Numbered from the stretch's first letter, positions 30,858-40,982 are shown. The stretch: 64,000 bases of DNA from Polyangiaceae bacterium (GCA_044376115.1 JBILLK010000015.1:64001-128000); one strand, 5' to 3'. Notes: generated by a model from the sequence alone, not told the origin. Numbers and translations: made by a program.

Positions 30858-31806
30858 GCCGCCAAGCTGCACACGTACAACAGGACTCGTCAAGGAGCTC
30901 GGGCTGGCGGTCACCCTATTTGCATGTCGACCTGACCCAGGGCTGACAACGCCTGAAGGCACTTCGGCACCGAAGCCGCTAGTCCGAAGTACAAGCGTGC
31001 AATCAGCCACGGTCGATCGACCGGCTCCCGTTCCAGCGTCTACAGAGCTCCGCACTTCGTCGACTCCCCCGCGCCCGAACAGCGACCGTTCGACGCGAGG
31101 CGTAGCCGAGCAACTAGAGGCCCGGCGGCCGCGCAGCTTTGGACCCAACGCGGCGGGTGTGGTCTTTCGATTTGCGGCCCGCGATCGCGAGATAGCCCTC
31201 ACCATCGACCTGTGTGACGGCAAGGATGAACGGAGCTACGATAACGCTCTATTCGACTTGCTGGCAGCAGAGCAAATCCCGGCGACCGTATTCATTACGG
31301 GGTTATGGGCGCGTCACCACACGACGGAGCTTCGCTGGCTTACAGAGCAATCGCTCCTCGAGATTGCGAATCACGGATCGCGACACAAGCCCTGTACAGT
31401 AAACGGCCGCTCGGCTTTTGGCATCGCCGGGACGCGGACCCTCGAGGAGGCCATCGCCGAGATCAACGACAACGCCAACCTGCTCGAGGGCATGACCGGG
31501 AACCGCCCGCAGTTTTACCGTTCTGGGACGGCGCATTTCGACGATGTCTGCACAGAAGCGGCCCAGCTCTTGGGGCAAGTCCCAATGGGATTCAGCGTAG
31601 CTGGCGACGGCGGCGCCGGCTTCGACCAGGCCGGGGTCGAGCGGGCGTTGGCTACCGCCAACCCCGGCGCGATCGTCATCTTGCACGGACATCGCCCAAA
31701 CCGCTTTGCGTTTGAGGGGCTGCGCGAGGCCCTTCCAACCTTGCGCAAACGGTCTATTTCCTTCGTTAGGTTGAGCGAGGTGGCCGACCGTCTCGAGGCC
31801 AGATAA
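30856..31806 (+). CDS. Polysaccharide deacetylase family protein (possible lipoprotein)
   Basis: IALTIDLC, ATVFITG, EIANHGSRH, GAIVILH; LFAC possible lipobox; start uncertain. Confidence 0.72.
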   Translation: MPPSCTRTTGLVKELGLAVTLFACRPDPGLTTPEGTSAPKPLVRSTSVQSATVDRPAPVPASTELRTSSTPPRPNSDRSTRGVAEQLEARRPRSFGPNAAGVVFRFAARDREIALTIDLCDGKDERSYDNALFDLLAAEQIPATVFITGLWARHHTTELRWLTEQSLLEIANHGSRHKPCTVNGRSAFGIAGTRTLEEAIAEINDNANLLEGMTGNRPQFYRSGTAHFDDVCTEAAQLLGQVPMGFSVAGDGGAGFDQAGVERALATANPGAIVILHGHRPNRFAFEGLREALPTLRKRSISFVRLSEVADRLEAR

Positions 31807-31819
31807 ACCTCGCAGCGAG

Positions 31820-33559
31820 CTAAGGCGCTCCCATCGCACCCAGCGTGGGCAGGCCCTCAGCCGGACGAGCTTTGCCCGCCTGGTGAACTACGTATTGCGC
31901 ATTCACGGGCGGCAATCCTTCCGGCAGCACAACTCCAGCCGCCACAACGGGTGCACCCGCCTGGAGCCTGAAGTCTCCAGAACCTGGATCCACGAAGCCC
32001 GGGGCTACGCCGCTCAGTGAGCCTGCAAGGCCGCTAATCTGAGCAACTACCACATCCACGTTGCCAGGCGTTTGACTGTACGGTGACCACCCGGTCGTGA
32101 GCCAGTTGCTCGTAAACTCAGCGACACCCGAGACCACCCCGTCCCGCTTCCCTAGCAGGCAGATCGGAGTGAGCAAGCTCGGCGGCGCGGAGCTATAAAA
32201 AACGTTATTTATTGCCTCGAGCCGTTCCTCGTTGGTTGAGAGTTCAAACACGGCTGGGGTTTGGTAGTCCGTGGCACCGTCATTGTTGACCACCACCGTG
32301 TTCTCATAGAAGTGGAGGGTTCCCTTACGATAGTGATCGTAAACATAGCTATCACCGCCGTAATGGATCATTGAGCCTTTTCCCGCGCCATTGCGCACAA
32401 TCACGTTGCCGTAGACAAAGCTCTCGTGAAAACTTGGCAGGGCCAACGTCGAACTAGCTGCCTCCTGCGCATCAACCAGATCAATGATGTGCGCGCCATC
32501 TTCGATATAGTTATAGCGCATCACAACACCAGCCGACCGCTCCTTGATATTAGAGCCCAGCACTTCACCACCAACGCCTGCGCGCGGCTCGCCGAAGTGG
32601 TTGTATTGGTACACAACTCCGCTCGCCTCGTTGTAGACATTATGGTGGTAGTAGTTGGCTATCGCCCCATTTCCGTAGATATAGTTACCCTCCAAGAGCA
32701 CGCGCTTGGTAAGCTCTTCATCGCCAGCCGTACCAATAAAGACGCCGTTATCGTTGCTGTGCACCACAGCGCCTCTGAGGGTTACGTCGTCGGCGCGCTG
32801 AACGAAGATGCCGGCGGCGACATCGGAGTACGCCTGCTGAGCGCCACTCTTGTCAGTAAACGTGAAGGGCGGCGAGGCGTTGATGACCTCTAGACTCTCA
32901 ACAATGATGTGCGCAGGTTGATACTCATAAGGTTTGTCATGCGGGTGCCCCACGATGATAAGCCCTCTTCGTTGGTGTCCATCGTAGGGGAACTGGAGCG
33001 TCGCGCGCGTGGTCGCGTTCTCACCGTCGATGATCGGCAACTGCCCCTGGGGGCCGGCAACTCCGCAGACACGAACGGGTTGCTCGAGCGTCCCCTGGCC
33101 ACCAATCATCAACTTTTCGCGATAGTGTTCGGGCCGCCAGAAGATCCTCATCGTGTCGCCCGCCCCGAGGGACTCCATTGGGACGTCCCCGATGTTCTCA
33201 TAGCTCTTGCCGGGTCCTACTTGGTAGTCAACGCCTGATCCGACATGCGTGCAGTCGTAAGCCGCGTAGCCAGGTCGTCCACCACCTTCATTACCTCCTC
33301 CAGGGCCCCCACCGCCGTCGACACCGGCGCCCGAGCCTCCGGTGGTCGCGGTGGAGCCTCCTTGGGCGGCGCCGCCACCACTTGCAGAGTTACCGCCGTC
33401 GTCCGACCCAGCTCCGATGCCCCCGCCTCCTTGTGCGGCCCCCCCACCTTCTTCTGCGCCTCCAGAGCCCTCGTCGTCCGACGCGCCTACCTGCTTATTG
33501 CAGGCAAAGCCACTAAGAGCCAACACACACGCCACTAAACTATTATCCCGTTGCTTCAT
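31820..33559 (-). CDS. Lipoprotein with right-handed parallel beta-helix domain (pectate-lyase-like fold)
   Basis: Lipobox GFAC, Gly-rich linker, Asn-ladder-like repeats (HSNDNG, GNYIYGNG, YNYIEDG, YGNVI), DFRL..G.P tail. Confidence 0.65.
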   Translation of the reverse strand: MKQRDNSLVACVLALSGFACNKQVGASDDEGSGGAEEGGGAAQGGGGIGAGSDDGGNSASGGGAAQGGSTATTGGSGAGVDGGGGPGGGNEGGGRPGYAAYDCTHVGSGVDYQVGPGKSYENIGDVPMESLGAGDTMRIFWRPEHYREKLMIGGQGTLEQPVRVCGVAGPQGQLPIIDGENATTRATLQFPYDGHQRRGLIIVGHPHDKPYEYQPAHIIVESLEVINASPPFTFTDKSGAQQAYSDVAAGIFVQRADDVTLRGAVVHSNDNGVFIGTAGDEELTKRVLLEGNYIYGNGAIANYYHHNVYNEASGVVYQYNHFGEPRAGVGGEVLGSNIKERSAGVVMRYNYIEDGAHIIDLVDAQEAASSTLALPSFHESFVYGNVIVRNGAGKGSMIHYGGDSYVYDHYRKGTLHFYENTVVVNNDGATDYQTPAVFELSTNEERLEAINNVFYSSAPPSLLTPICLLGKRDGVVSGVAEFTSNWLTTGWSPYSQTPGNVDVVVAQISGLAGSLSGVAPGFVDPGSGDFRLQAGAPVVAAGVVLPEGLPPVNAQYVVHQAGKARPAEGLPTLGAMGAP

Positions 33560-33593
33560 CCGTAGACCTGCCTTTCCTGACTGGCCAGGCCTT

Positions 33594-33609
33594 AGCAAGC
33601 AAAGGGCCG
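33594..33609 (-). promoter_or_regulatory. Sigma54 promoter for the beta-helix lipoprotein (leadered)
   Basis: CGGCCCTTTGCTTGCT on the minus strand; 35 nt to ATG with purine-rich AGGAAAGG. Confidence 0.55.
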
Positions 33610-33722
33610 CACGATATTGACCAAATCATTGACAATTATCGTCGAGCACTGTTGCTTTGAGGCATCACACGAGGCCCTGAAGCTACTGCGCAAACAGGCC
33701 ATGGCGACCTACTAGTAGGCCA

Positions 33723-35075
33723 TCACGATGGCATTCGCGGCTTCGTCTGTAGTCCGTAGCGCTGAATCAGGCGATGCAGATGGATACGATCCATACCCGC
33801 TCGGCGAGCTGCTTGACTCACATTGCCGCCAGACCATCCGAGCAGCGCTGTGAGGTAGGAGCGATCGAACACCTCGACAGCCACCTCTTTCGCGTCGCGG
33901 AAAGGCACGTCGAGGTCAACCCCGAGCGGTATGCTTGGCTGGGTTACGCGGCGACTGGTCGCCTTGGCGGGAGTCGCGCTCCTGAGCACAATCGCCCGTT
34001 CTACATAGTTCTTGAGCTCACGCACGTTGCCCGGCCATTGGTGACTCGCCAAGTCGGCGAGAACAGAGGCGGTGAATAGTGCCGCAGCACCTTTGGCGCC
34101 GCTGCTCGCAACAAAGGTCTCGACCAAGTCTGGGATGTCGTCGAGATGTTCACGTAGCGGCGGCACCTCCACCGTCACGACTGACAATCGAAAGAACAGG
34201 TCCTCGCGAAACCGCCTATGGTTGACCTCCACCTCGAGCGAACGATTTGTTGCGGCGATTACTCGCACATCAACGTGGCGCAGCTTGGTTTCACCGACGC
34301 GGCGAATCATGCGCGACTCAAGCGCTCGCAGGAGCTTGGGCTGCAGGTCGAGCGGCAATTCGCCAATTTCGTCGAAGAAGATTGTACCGCCATTGGCTGC
34401 CTCGAACGCTCCGACCCGTTCGCTGTCAGCGCCAGTGAAAGCGCCGCGCGCGTGACCGAAGAGCTCACTCTCTACGACCCCGGGAGCCAGCGCGCCACCG
34501 TCGACGACTACGAGCTTTCCTTCGCGACGGAGCCCCCTTTGATAGAGCTCCGTGGCAACGAGCTCCTTGCCGGTTCCGCTCTCCCCCTGGATGAGCACGG
34601 TAGCATCGCTGTCAGCGATCTTCTCCAAGACCTCAAACAGTCTACGCATCACCAACGAGCGTCCACGCATCTGTCCAAAATGGCTTCTCGCTGGAGGCTC
34701 CGTTTGCTCCTGGGCGCCGACGACGCTCACGCGCACCGCAGAGTTACCTAACCGCAGACGGCATGACGGCAGAGGGACGTGCGCCTCTCGCACTCGCACC
34801 CCGTTAACGCCAGTACCGTTGCGCGATCCTAAGTCCTCAATCTCCCACGCGTGCTGAACGACTCGCAACCGGCAGTGAAACTGCGACACCAAGGGGTCTT
34901 CCAGCACCAGGTCATTGGACCGATGAGCGCCTATGCGAAATACATCACTAGAGGTAAACGATTGCGACGGCACCTCGTTACCGTCCATTGTCTCCACTAG
35001 AAGCTCGAGGCACGGGACGCTCGTTACTTCCGCAACGTCAGGCCGTGTAGCAAGCGGTGGTCTTTGGGTAGGCAT
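33723..35075 (-). CDS. FHA-domain sigma54-dependent activator (bEBP)
   Basis: RIGA...VSQFHC...DLGSRNGT (FHA); [32 protein letters not shown]; start approximate. Confidence 0.88.
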   Translation of the reverse strand: MPTQRPPLATRPDVAEVTSVPCLELLVETMDGNEVPSQSFTSSDVFRIGAHRSNDLVLEDPLVSQFHCRLRVVQHAWEIEDLGSRNGTGVNGVRVREAHVPLPSCRLRLGNSAVRVSVVGAQEQTEPPARSHFGQMRGRSLVMRRLFEVLEKIADSDATVLIQGESGTGKELVATELYQRGLRREGKLVVVDGGALAPGVVESELFGHARGAFTGADSERVGAFEAANGGTIFFDEIGELPLDLQPKLLRALESRMIRRVGETKLRHVDVRVIAATNRSLEVEVNHRRFREDLFFRLSVVTVEVPPLREHLDDIPDLVETFVASSGAKGAAALFTASVLADLASHQWPGNVRELKNYVERAIVLRSATPAKATSRRVTQPSIPLGVDLDVPFRDAKEVAVEVFDRSYLTALLGWSGGNVSQAARRAGMDRIHLHRLIQRYGLQTKPRMPS

Positions 35076-35280
35076 GGCTTTGATGTCTCGAGAGACGCTG
35101 TCCACAATGACGGTGAGTACTCGATAAGCAACCCCTCTTGCGGCGGTTGCTGCGCCTGAGCGCGGGCGTCTCAGTGTCGCTTTGTGCCCCCATTCTGGGG
35201 TCGAGCGGCGTGCCGTACTTTCACGGAGCACAAACGCCCAATTGCCAAGATTGACGGCTGGTTTCGACAGAGAGAGCGGA

Positions 35281-35296
35281 CGGCCCGAGCCTTGCT
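35281..35296 (+). promoter_or_regulatory. Sigma54 promoter
   Basis: CGGCCCGAGCCTTGCT; ATG 35308 begins 12 nt after GC. Confidence 0.65.
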
Positions 35297-35307
35297 GACC
35301 GTAGGCC

Positions 35308-36540
35308 ATGAAGAGTGCACTCGGTTTCTCGATAATCGTCTCAATCGGCGTTGCTTGTAGCAACTCAGCAGAGAGTTCGCTTGGGGGTGGCGGGGTTGGA
35401 GGGAGTGGAGGGGGTGGCGGGGTTGGTGCCACCAACACCGAGAGCGGTGGTGGTGGTTTGGGCTCGACTGGAGGCACCGATAGCGGCGGCTCGAGCGGAA
35501 GCGGCGCTTCCGGCTTCGGCGGTGAAGACTGCAACGGGGATCCAATGGCGGGCCCCGACGCTCCTGACGTCGTCATTGCCCTCTCAGGGGTCAGCGTTAC
35601 AACACTCGCCGGCTCCGAAGTGGCAGGAACGCAGGACGGCGCAGGCGCCGCAGCTCACTTCAACAATCCTACGAGCGTACTACGCAACGCAAACGGCAGT
35701 CTTGTCGTGTCCGACTTTGACAACGGGAGGATTCGCTCGGTGACGGCCGGAGGAATGGTGCAAACTCTTACCCAAGCAACGGGCTTCGCGAGGCCGTTTG
35801 CGCTCGCCCTCGGGCCATCAGCGGAGCTCTACGTCGGCACCGACTACGACGAGACAGGAGTCAACGCCGGAGTTGCTGGCGGCGTGTTGTGGCGACTAAA
35901 CGGCGGACAAGAGCCTCCCACTGCGCTTGCGCTCCAAGCTGGGAGACCTCGCGGCATCGTGGCGATCGGCGATTCCGGTTTGGCAGTTACTGATATTGAG
36001 GGGCAGGATCTTCGCTACTTTCATATTGAGAGTCAAACCTTCAGCACCTTCGCAGGCAAACGCGGTTGCCCCGGGTTTGCAGATGGCCCGTCGGAGGAAG
36101 CTAGGTTCAATCGACCGTACGGCCTCGTGAAGCTCCCCAATGGCGATCTGATCATCGCCGACCAACGCAACCATCGACTTCGTCGCGTCAGCAGCGAGGG
36201 CGAGGTGACGACCTTTGCAGGCGATGGGGCAGCCGGGCTGATCGATGGCCCAGTGGCGGAGTCACGCTTCAACCTTCCACAGGCCTTGGCGCTCGACGCA
36301 GACGGTAACCTCTATGTTTCGGACGTTGGGAATCATCGCATTCGCCGGATCAGTGCCCAAGGCATCGTCGAGACGGTAGCGGGCGACGGAGAGGTTGGCT
36401 TCAAGAACGGCGACGGCAAAAGCGCCAGATTCTCGGGCCAAGAGGGCATCGCGGTAAGTGAAGGCGTACTCTACCTGGCCGATGGAACCAGCGGCGAGGT
36501 GGCTCCGTTCCACCGCGTTCGCAAGATCACTCTTCCTTAG
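35308..36540 (+). CDS. NHL-repeat (beta-propeller) lipoprotein
   Basis: Lipobox GVAC; Gly-rich linker; FNNP/FNRP/FNLP and NHRIRRI-type repeats. Confidence 0.82.
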   Translation: MKSALGFSIIVSIGVACSNSAESSLGGGGVGGSGGGGGVGATNTESGGGGLGSTGGTDSGGSSGSGASGFGGEDCNGDPMAGPDAPDVVIALSGVSVTTLAGSEVAGTQDGAGAAAHFNNPTSVLRNANGSLVVSDFDNGRIRSVTAGGMVQTLTQATGFARPFALALGPSAELYVGTDYDETGVNAGVAGGVLWRLNGGQEPPTALALQAGRPRGIVAIGDSGLAVTDIEGQDLRYFHIESQTFSTFAGKRGCPGFADGPSEEARFNRPYGLVKLPNGDLIIADQRNHRLRRVSSEGEVTTFAGDGAAGLIDGPVAESRFNLPQALALDADGNLYVSDVGNHRIRRISAQGIVETVAGDGEVGFKNGDGKSARFSGQEGIAVSEGVLYLADGTSGEVAPFHRVRKITLP

Positions 36541-36565
36541 CTGCAAGGGGCGAGACCATGAAGGG

Positions 36566-37927
36566 ATGTGCGCTTTGATCCGCCCAACGGCCAACCTCGA
36601 CGTGCACGCTGATACGAGCGTGCCTGTCGGCGGCGCGTCGGACCGGGCTACCCCCACGCTCCCGACCGACCGCTCTCAGCGAGCGAGTCAGTGGTCGCCA
36701 CAGCTCGGTAGGGGACAGCTGATTGACGAGAAATTCAGGCTCAGACGCTTGCTTGGTCGCGGGGGCATGGCGCTCGTCATGCTGGCGCAGGACGTCTCCC
36801 TCGACCGCGAGGTTGCGATCAAATTTCTCGGCACCAACTTGGTATCTGACCCAAGTTGGCGAGCTCGTTTCGTCGTTGAGGCCCGCAACATGGCGCGGGT
36901 GCGGCACGAGAACGTGGCTCAGATATTCTCCTACGGCATCCATGAGGGTTGGCCGTTTTTTGTTATGGAGTTCGTCGATGGGACAACGCTCGCGGACTGG
37001 ATTCGGAGGCATCCGAATCCTCCCGTTGCTGACGTGGCTGCACTCGTGCGCGCGATGGCAGCGGGCCTTTGCGCGATCCACGACGCAGGGCTCGTTCACC
37101 ACGACGTAAAGCCCGCCAACGTCCTTATCGATCCTCACGGCCGAGTCGTGGTAACCGACTTGGGGCTTTCACGCGTGGTCACCGGCTTTAGGGCTTTCGG
37201 CAATGCCGCAGGCACACCCCGCTATATGGCGCCGGAGCAAGTCTCCCAAAGGCCGGTATTGCCTAGTCTCGCCGCCAGGACGGACGTCTACCAACTAGGC
37301 ATTACGACCTTTGAGCTGCTCGTAGGCCAGGTGCCTTTCGACGCCAAGACGCCGCAGCAGTTGTTTGACTGTCACCGTCATTCGCCGGTTCCTCGTCCAA
37401 GTAGTTTGCGGCGAGACTTGAGCAAAGCGGTCGACCGCGTGCTTCTACGTGCTTTGGAGAAGGAGCCGGAGAATCGCTATGCTTCGGCGCTGGACTTCGC
37501 TCAAGAGCTCGATCGCGCAATTGCGCCAGCAGCGCGCCCCACCAAGAAGCCGTCACGTGGGCTTCGGGTGCTCGTCGCGGAGGACGACGACGACCAGCGC
37601 ATGCTCACCTGTGCGGTACTTTCGGTGGGGCTCGGCCCAGGCAGCCGGATTCAGCAAGTAAGAAGCGGCAAAGATACGCTCTCCGCGGCCGCGCAGCATC
37701 GGTTCGACGTATTTGTGCTGGACCTTCAAATGCCCGACATGACGGGCATACAGCTCGCCTCGGCGCTGCGCAGTACGCATGGCCAATCCGCACATATCGT
37801 CGTAGTGAGCGGGGATGGCGGAGCCAAAGACTGGCGCAGCCTCCACGACCTCGGAGTCGACGCCATGCTGCTCAAGCCGGTCGCTGCGCAACAGCTCATT
37901 TCGGCGATTGAGAGCGCGACTCGCTGA
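36566..37927 (+). CDS. Ser/Thr protein kinase with C-terminal receiver (REC) domain
   Basis: LGRGGMA, VAIK, HHDVKPAN, DLG, GTPRYMAPE; VLVAEDD...LDLQMPDMTG...LLKP. Confidence 0.85.
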   Translation: MCALIRPTANLDVHADTSVPVGGASDRATPTLPTDRSQRASQWSPQLGRGQLIDEKFRLRRLLGRGGMALVMLAQDVSLDREVAIKFLGTNLVSDPSWRARFVVEARNMARVRHENVAQIFSYGIHEGWPFFVMEFVDGTTLADWIRRHPNPPVADVAALVRAMAAGLCAIHDAGLVHHDVKPANVLIDPHGRVVVTDLGLSRVVTGFRAFGNAAGTPRYMAPEQVSQRPVLPSLAARTDVYQLGITTFELLVGQVPFDAKTPQQLFDCHRHSPVPRPSSLRRDLSKAVDRVLLRALEKEPENRYASALDFAQELDRAIAPAARPTKKPSRGLRVLVAEDDDDQRMLTCAVLSVGLGPGSRIQQVRSGKDTLSAAAQHRFDVFVLDLQMPDMTGIQLASALRSTHGQSAHIVVVSGDGGAKDWRSLHDLGVDAMLLKPVAAQQLISAIESATR

Positions 37928-37963
37928 GCGAGCGGTCGCGGCTCTCGTTTCTGCGCGGCGCCT

Positions 37964-39073
37964 CTACAACTTGGAGGAGACCTCGCCGAGCGGCTCGGAA
38001 TGCGAGGCAAATAGGGGTTGGTAGATAACAGCACAACCTCCCATTGCAGTGAGCGCCAACACCGAGATAGCAACGGAGAGGTCGACCATTCGGGAACGAG
38101 CCAACAGTCGCGAGCGTGCCGTAACCGTCGTAGCACCAACATCCGCGGCCGCTCGTGAAGCCGTCAGCTGAGGCTCTTGGCCAGATGCGGCACGCTCCAA
38201 CGATAGCAACATAGCGTCCGCCGAAGCGAACCGCTCGCTCAGGCGCGGAGCGAAGGCGCGCCTGAACCAACCATCCAAACGCCCATCAAGGTTGCTCACG
38301 AGCGCGCTTGGCAAAGCAAAGTCCTCGCGTGCAATTGCACACGTGACAGCCACTACGCCGTGCCCCTCGAACGGCAAGGCCCCGGTTAGGCAGATATACG
38401 CCACCACGGCGAGCGCCCAAAGATCGGCCTGCCGTCCCGCATCGAGCCCACCGAGCTGCTCGGGACACATGTATTGCGGCGTGCCAACGAACTCCCCGTG
38501 GGGTACCGGGCACACCTCACCGCCGTCACACCGAGCGATACCGAAGTCGATGATCTTTACGAACGGGTCAGCCTCCGTATCGAGCATGAACAGGTTGTCC
38601 GGCTTGATGTCTTGGTGAATGACGCCGGCTTCATGCGCCCGGACCAAGACTCTACCAATCTGGGCCACGATCTGAACGGTTTCCTCGAGCGGAAGCCGCC
38701 CACGGCGCGACAAGAAGGTCTCGAGCGTCTCCCCGTCCAGATGCTCCATAACGATGTAAGGCAGCCCGTCAAAGGAGTCCTGGTAGAGCACCTGCACGAC
38801 GTGAGCGCTGCGTACTCGGGCTGTCGCGCGCACCTCCCGACGCAGTCGCGCAGCTGCAGCTGCGGGGGATTGCGAGCTGTGCAGGAACTTAACGACCACG
38901 AGCGTCCCGAGCTCGAGATGGTCAGCGACCCAAAGACATCCCATGCCGCCATGCGCGAGTGGTCGAATCAACCGAAGGTGAGGCGACACCATCACCCCCG
39001 GTACAAGGGAATCTGAAAGCGGCGTCCCTGAAACTTCACGAATCGACTCCTCGAACCCAAGTGTTTGCGACAT
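37964..39073 (-). CDS. Ser/Thr protein kinase with C-terminal TM segment
   Basis: LAHGGMG, VVVK, HQDIKPDN, DFG, GTPQYMCPE; hydrophobic C-terminal helix. Confidence 0.85.
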   Translation of the reverse strand: MSQTLGFEESIREVSGTPLSDSLVPGVMVSPHLRLIRPLAHGGMGCLWVADHLELGTLVVVKFLHSSQSPAAAAARLRREVRATARVRSAHVVQVLYQDSFDGLPYIVMEHLDGETLETFLSRRGRLPLEETVQIVAQIGRVLVRAHEAGVIHQDIKPDNLFMLDTEADPFVKIIDFGIARCDGGEVCPVPHGEFVGTPQYMCPEQLGGLDAGRQADLWALAVVAYICLTGALPFEGHGVVAVTCAIAREDFALPSALVSNLDGRLDGWFRRAFAPRLSERFASADAMLLSLERAASGQEPQLTASRAAADVGATTVTARSRLLARSRMVDLSVAISVLALTAMGGCAVIYQPLFASHSEPLGEVSSKL

Positions 39074-39084
39074 GTGGGTAAAGG

Positions 39085-39100
39085 AGCACACAATGTGCCG
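39085..39100 (-). promoter_or_regulatory. Sigma54 promoter
   Basis: CGGCACATTGTGTGCT on the minus strand; ATG 39073 begins 12 nt after GC. Confidence 0.62.
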
Positions 39101-39271
39101 CGCGCGCTTCTGCGATCCCGAGCGTGGGTTCAGCAGCGATGCCCTCATAAGCGGCGCCTGCCGTGGGGTAGCTCACTGGGTGGGACGTTTCCGCCACAGC
39201 CTGATGAGCCAATGAGGCGAGTGGCGACTAAGCACCATTCGCCTATCGTGCCTCGTTGTGCTCGTTGCAGA

Positions 39272-39775
39272 TTAAAGTCTGCGGACTGAGCGAATGACAA
39301 TCGGCGTCAGCGGGGCGTCCTTGGCAAAAGGACCGCCTTCACCCGTCGGTACGACCTTCATCTGCTCGACGACTTCCATTCCGCTCGTCACCTTGCCAAA
39401 CACCGCATAACCCCACTCGGCGCCCTGCTTCGAGCGATGGTTGAGGAAGGTATTGTCAGAGACGTTGACGAAGAACTGCGCGGTGGCAGAGTGCGGATCA
39501 CCGGTGCGAGCCATTGCCACGGTGCCGAGCGTATTGAGCAGGCCGTTGTCTGCCTCGTTCTGAATCGGCGCGAGGGTAGGCTTCTTCTCGTAGCGCTGAT
39601 CAAAGCCTCCACCTTGCACCATGAAACCGTTGATAACGCGGTGAAAAATCGTGCCGTCGTAGTGTTGCGCATCCACGTACGCGAGAAAGTTAGCAACTGT
39701 CTTGGGCGCCTTCGCTGCGTCCAGCGCAATCGTGAACGCTCCCATGCTCGTATCAACCTGAACCAAGGTTTCCAT
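39272..39775 (-). CDS. Cyclophilin-type peptidyl-prolyl cis-trans isomerase
   Basis: APKTVANF, YDGTIFHRVINGFMVQGGG, AMART, SATAQFFVN, GYAVFGKV. Confidence 0.93.
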   Translation of the reverse strand: METLVQVDTSMGAFTIALDAAKAPKTVANFLAYVDAQHYDGTIFHRVINGFMVQGGGFDQRYEKKPTLAPIQNEADNGLLNTLGTVAMARTGDPHSATAQFFVNVSDNTFLNHRSKQGAEWGYAVFGKVTSGMEVVEQMKVVPTGEGGPFAKDAPLTPIVIRSVRRL

Positions 39776-39829
39776 GCGGCGCAGTCTACAGCGTCGGCTT
39801 TGTGATGCCGTGCACTATCGACGAGTCTT

Positions 39830-40306
39830 TCAAAGCAGCCGCCACAACAAGGCCGCCACAACTAGGGCAAGTGCGACAAAGACAGGCCAGTGCGGCAGGC
39901 GCCTTGACTCATCCGTGGCCGGGCTCGCGGGGAGCAAATTGGCTTGAAGCACCTTCACGCTCGCCGACGCAGTTTCAGCGAGTTCCACGTGCAGAAACAG
40001 CAGAGCCACTTCCGAGCTAGGGCCAAACGGCGCAGGGATGCGGATCCGCACCGACTGCTGCAGCGGGTTTGGCAGTTGCACGGAGAACACCCGCAATTCC
40101 GCCTCATCGGCGAGGCGAAACGCGCCCCTCCGGGCACAAGCATCACAGCCGCCGCCATCACAAGGAACGCAGCGAAGTGACCGGGCCGCTGTGATCTCGC
40201 AATGCTCACCTGCGTAGTCGCTCGAAACCGTGATTGAGAACTGAGCGTGCCCCCCGGGCAGCTCGGCCACGGCATCCTTGTCGAAGACGCGAGCTAGCTC
40301 AACCAT
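39830..40306 (-). CDS. Hypothetical membrane protein with DnaJ-type Cys zinc-finger-like motif
   Basis: CVPCDGGGCDACARRG; C-terminal TM; no HPD motif. Confidence 0.5.
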   Translation of the reverse strand: MVELARVFDKDAVAELPGGHAQFSITVSSDYAGEHCEITAARSLRCVPCDGGGCDACARRGAFRLADEAELRVFSVQLPNPLQQSVRIRIPAPFGPSSEVALLFLHVELAETASASVKVLQANLLPASPATDESRRLPHWPVFVALALVVAALLWRLL

Positions 40307-40319
40307 CGAAGTGCGGGGC

Positions 40320-40916
40320 TCAAGCGTCCCCGATGATCCTCATTCCAATGCCCATCGCGGGCGACACGCCGATCAGCGCGTGTGCGCTCTCCCACTTTCG
40401 CTCATTGGAAACGTCAAACAACACCGTCTCGTCGAAGGGCGTCGGCAACCACGAGCCGCCAGCAATTTCGCCCTCGAGCTGGCCAGGCCCCCACCCCGAA
40501 TACCCAAGAAAAACCATTCGGCGACCAAGCCCGTGCGCCGCAACGCCGGGCTCCGGTGCTTCAAGATCACGGGCGAGATCATCGAAGGCACCGCGCGACG
40601 AGCTGATCCAAAGTCGACTGGAGACCGCCAAGGCGCCTTCTGGCCGTTCTTCACTGTCAGAGCGAGGGCCAAGCACCCACCCCGAGCCGGGCTCGACTGG
40701 CCCGCCAACAAAGACCTGACCGGGAGCCTGGCCTGCTCGCGGCCCATAACCAGCGAAACCGAGCACGTCACCGAGCGATAACGGCGCCAAGCGGTTCACG
40801 ACAAAGCCAAGGGCGCCCTGACTGCCGTGAAGTACGAGCAACACGACCGTGCGCTCGAAGTTTGGGTCGCCAAGAGGCGGAGAGGCGATCAGGAAGCCCG
40901 GTGCCAGCGCGACCAT
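40320..40916 (-). CDS. YqgE/AlgH family protein
   Basis: LIASP.LGDPNFERTVV, GALGFVVNR, GGPV, LGYSGWGPGQLEGEI. Confidence 0.9.
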   Translation of the reverse strand: MVALAPGFLIASPPLGDPNFERTVVLLVLHGSQGALGFVVNRLAPLSLGDVLGFAGYGPRAGQAPGQVFVGGPVEPGSGWVLGPRSDSEERPEGALAVSSRLWISSSRGAFDDLARDLEAPEPGVAAHGLGRRMVFLGYSGWGPGQLEGEIAGGSWLPTPFDETVLFDVSNERKWESAHALIGVSPAMGIGMRIIGDA

Positions 40917-40982
40917 GGGCTGATGCTAACGATTCTTCGCCCGCTTTGCGAGTGCGCCCGCTACCCTCCGAGCCCTACGTCA

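Noticed and set aside
33723..35576. 617-aa version of the FHA-bEBP, and other extended N-termini (2595, 8859, 31223, 44553, 59038)
   Set aside because: Extensions overlap neighbouring genes; internal starts with coupling or RBS fit better.
31820..39250. Block as a mobile element or prophage
   Set aside because: No integrase, transposase, tRNA anchor or flanking direct repeats seen; only a mild compositional hint.
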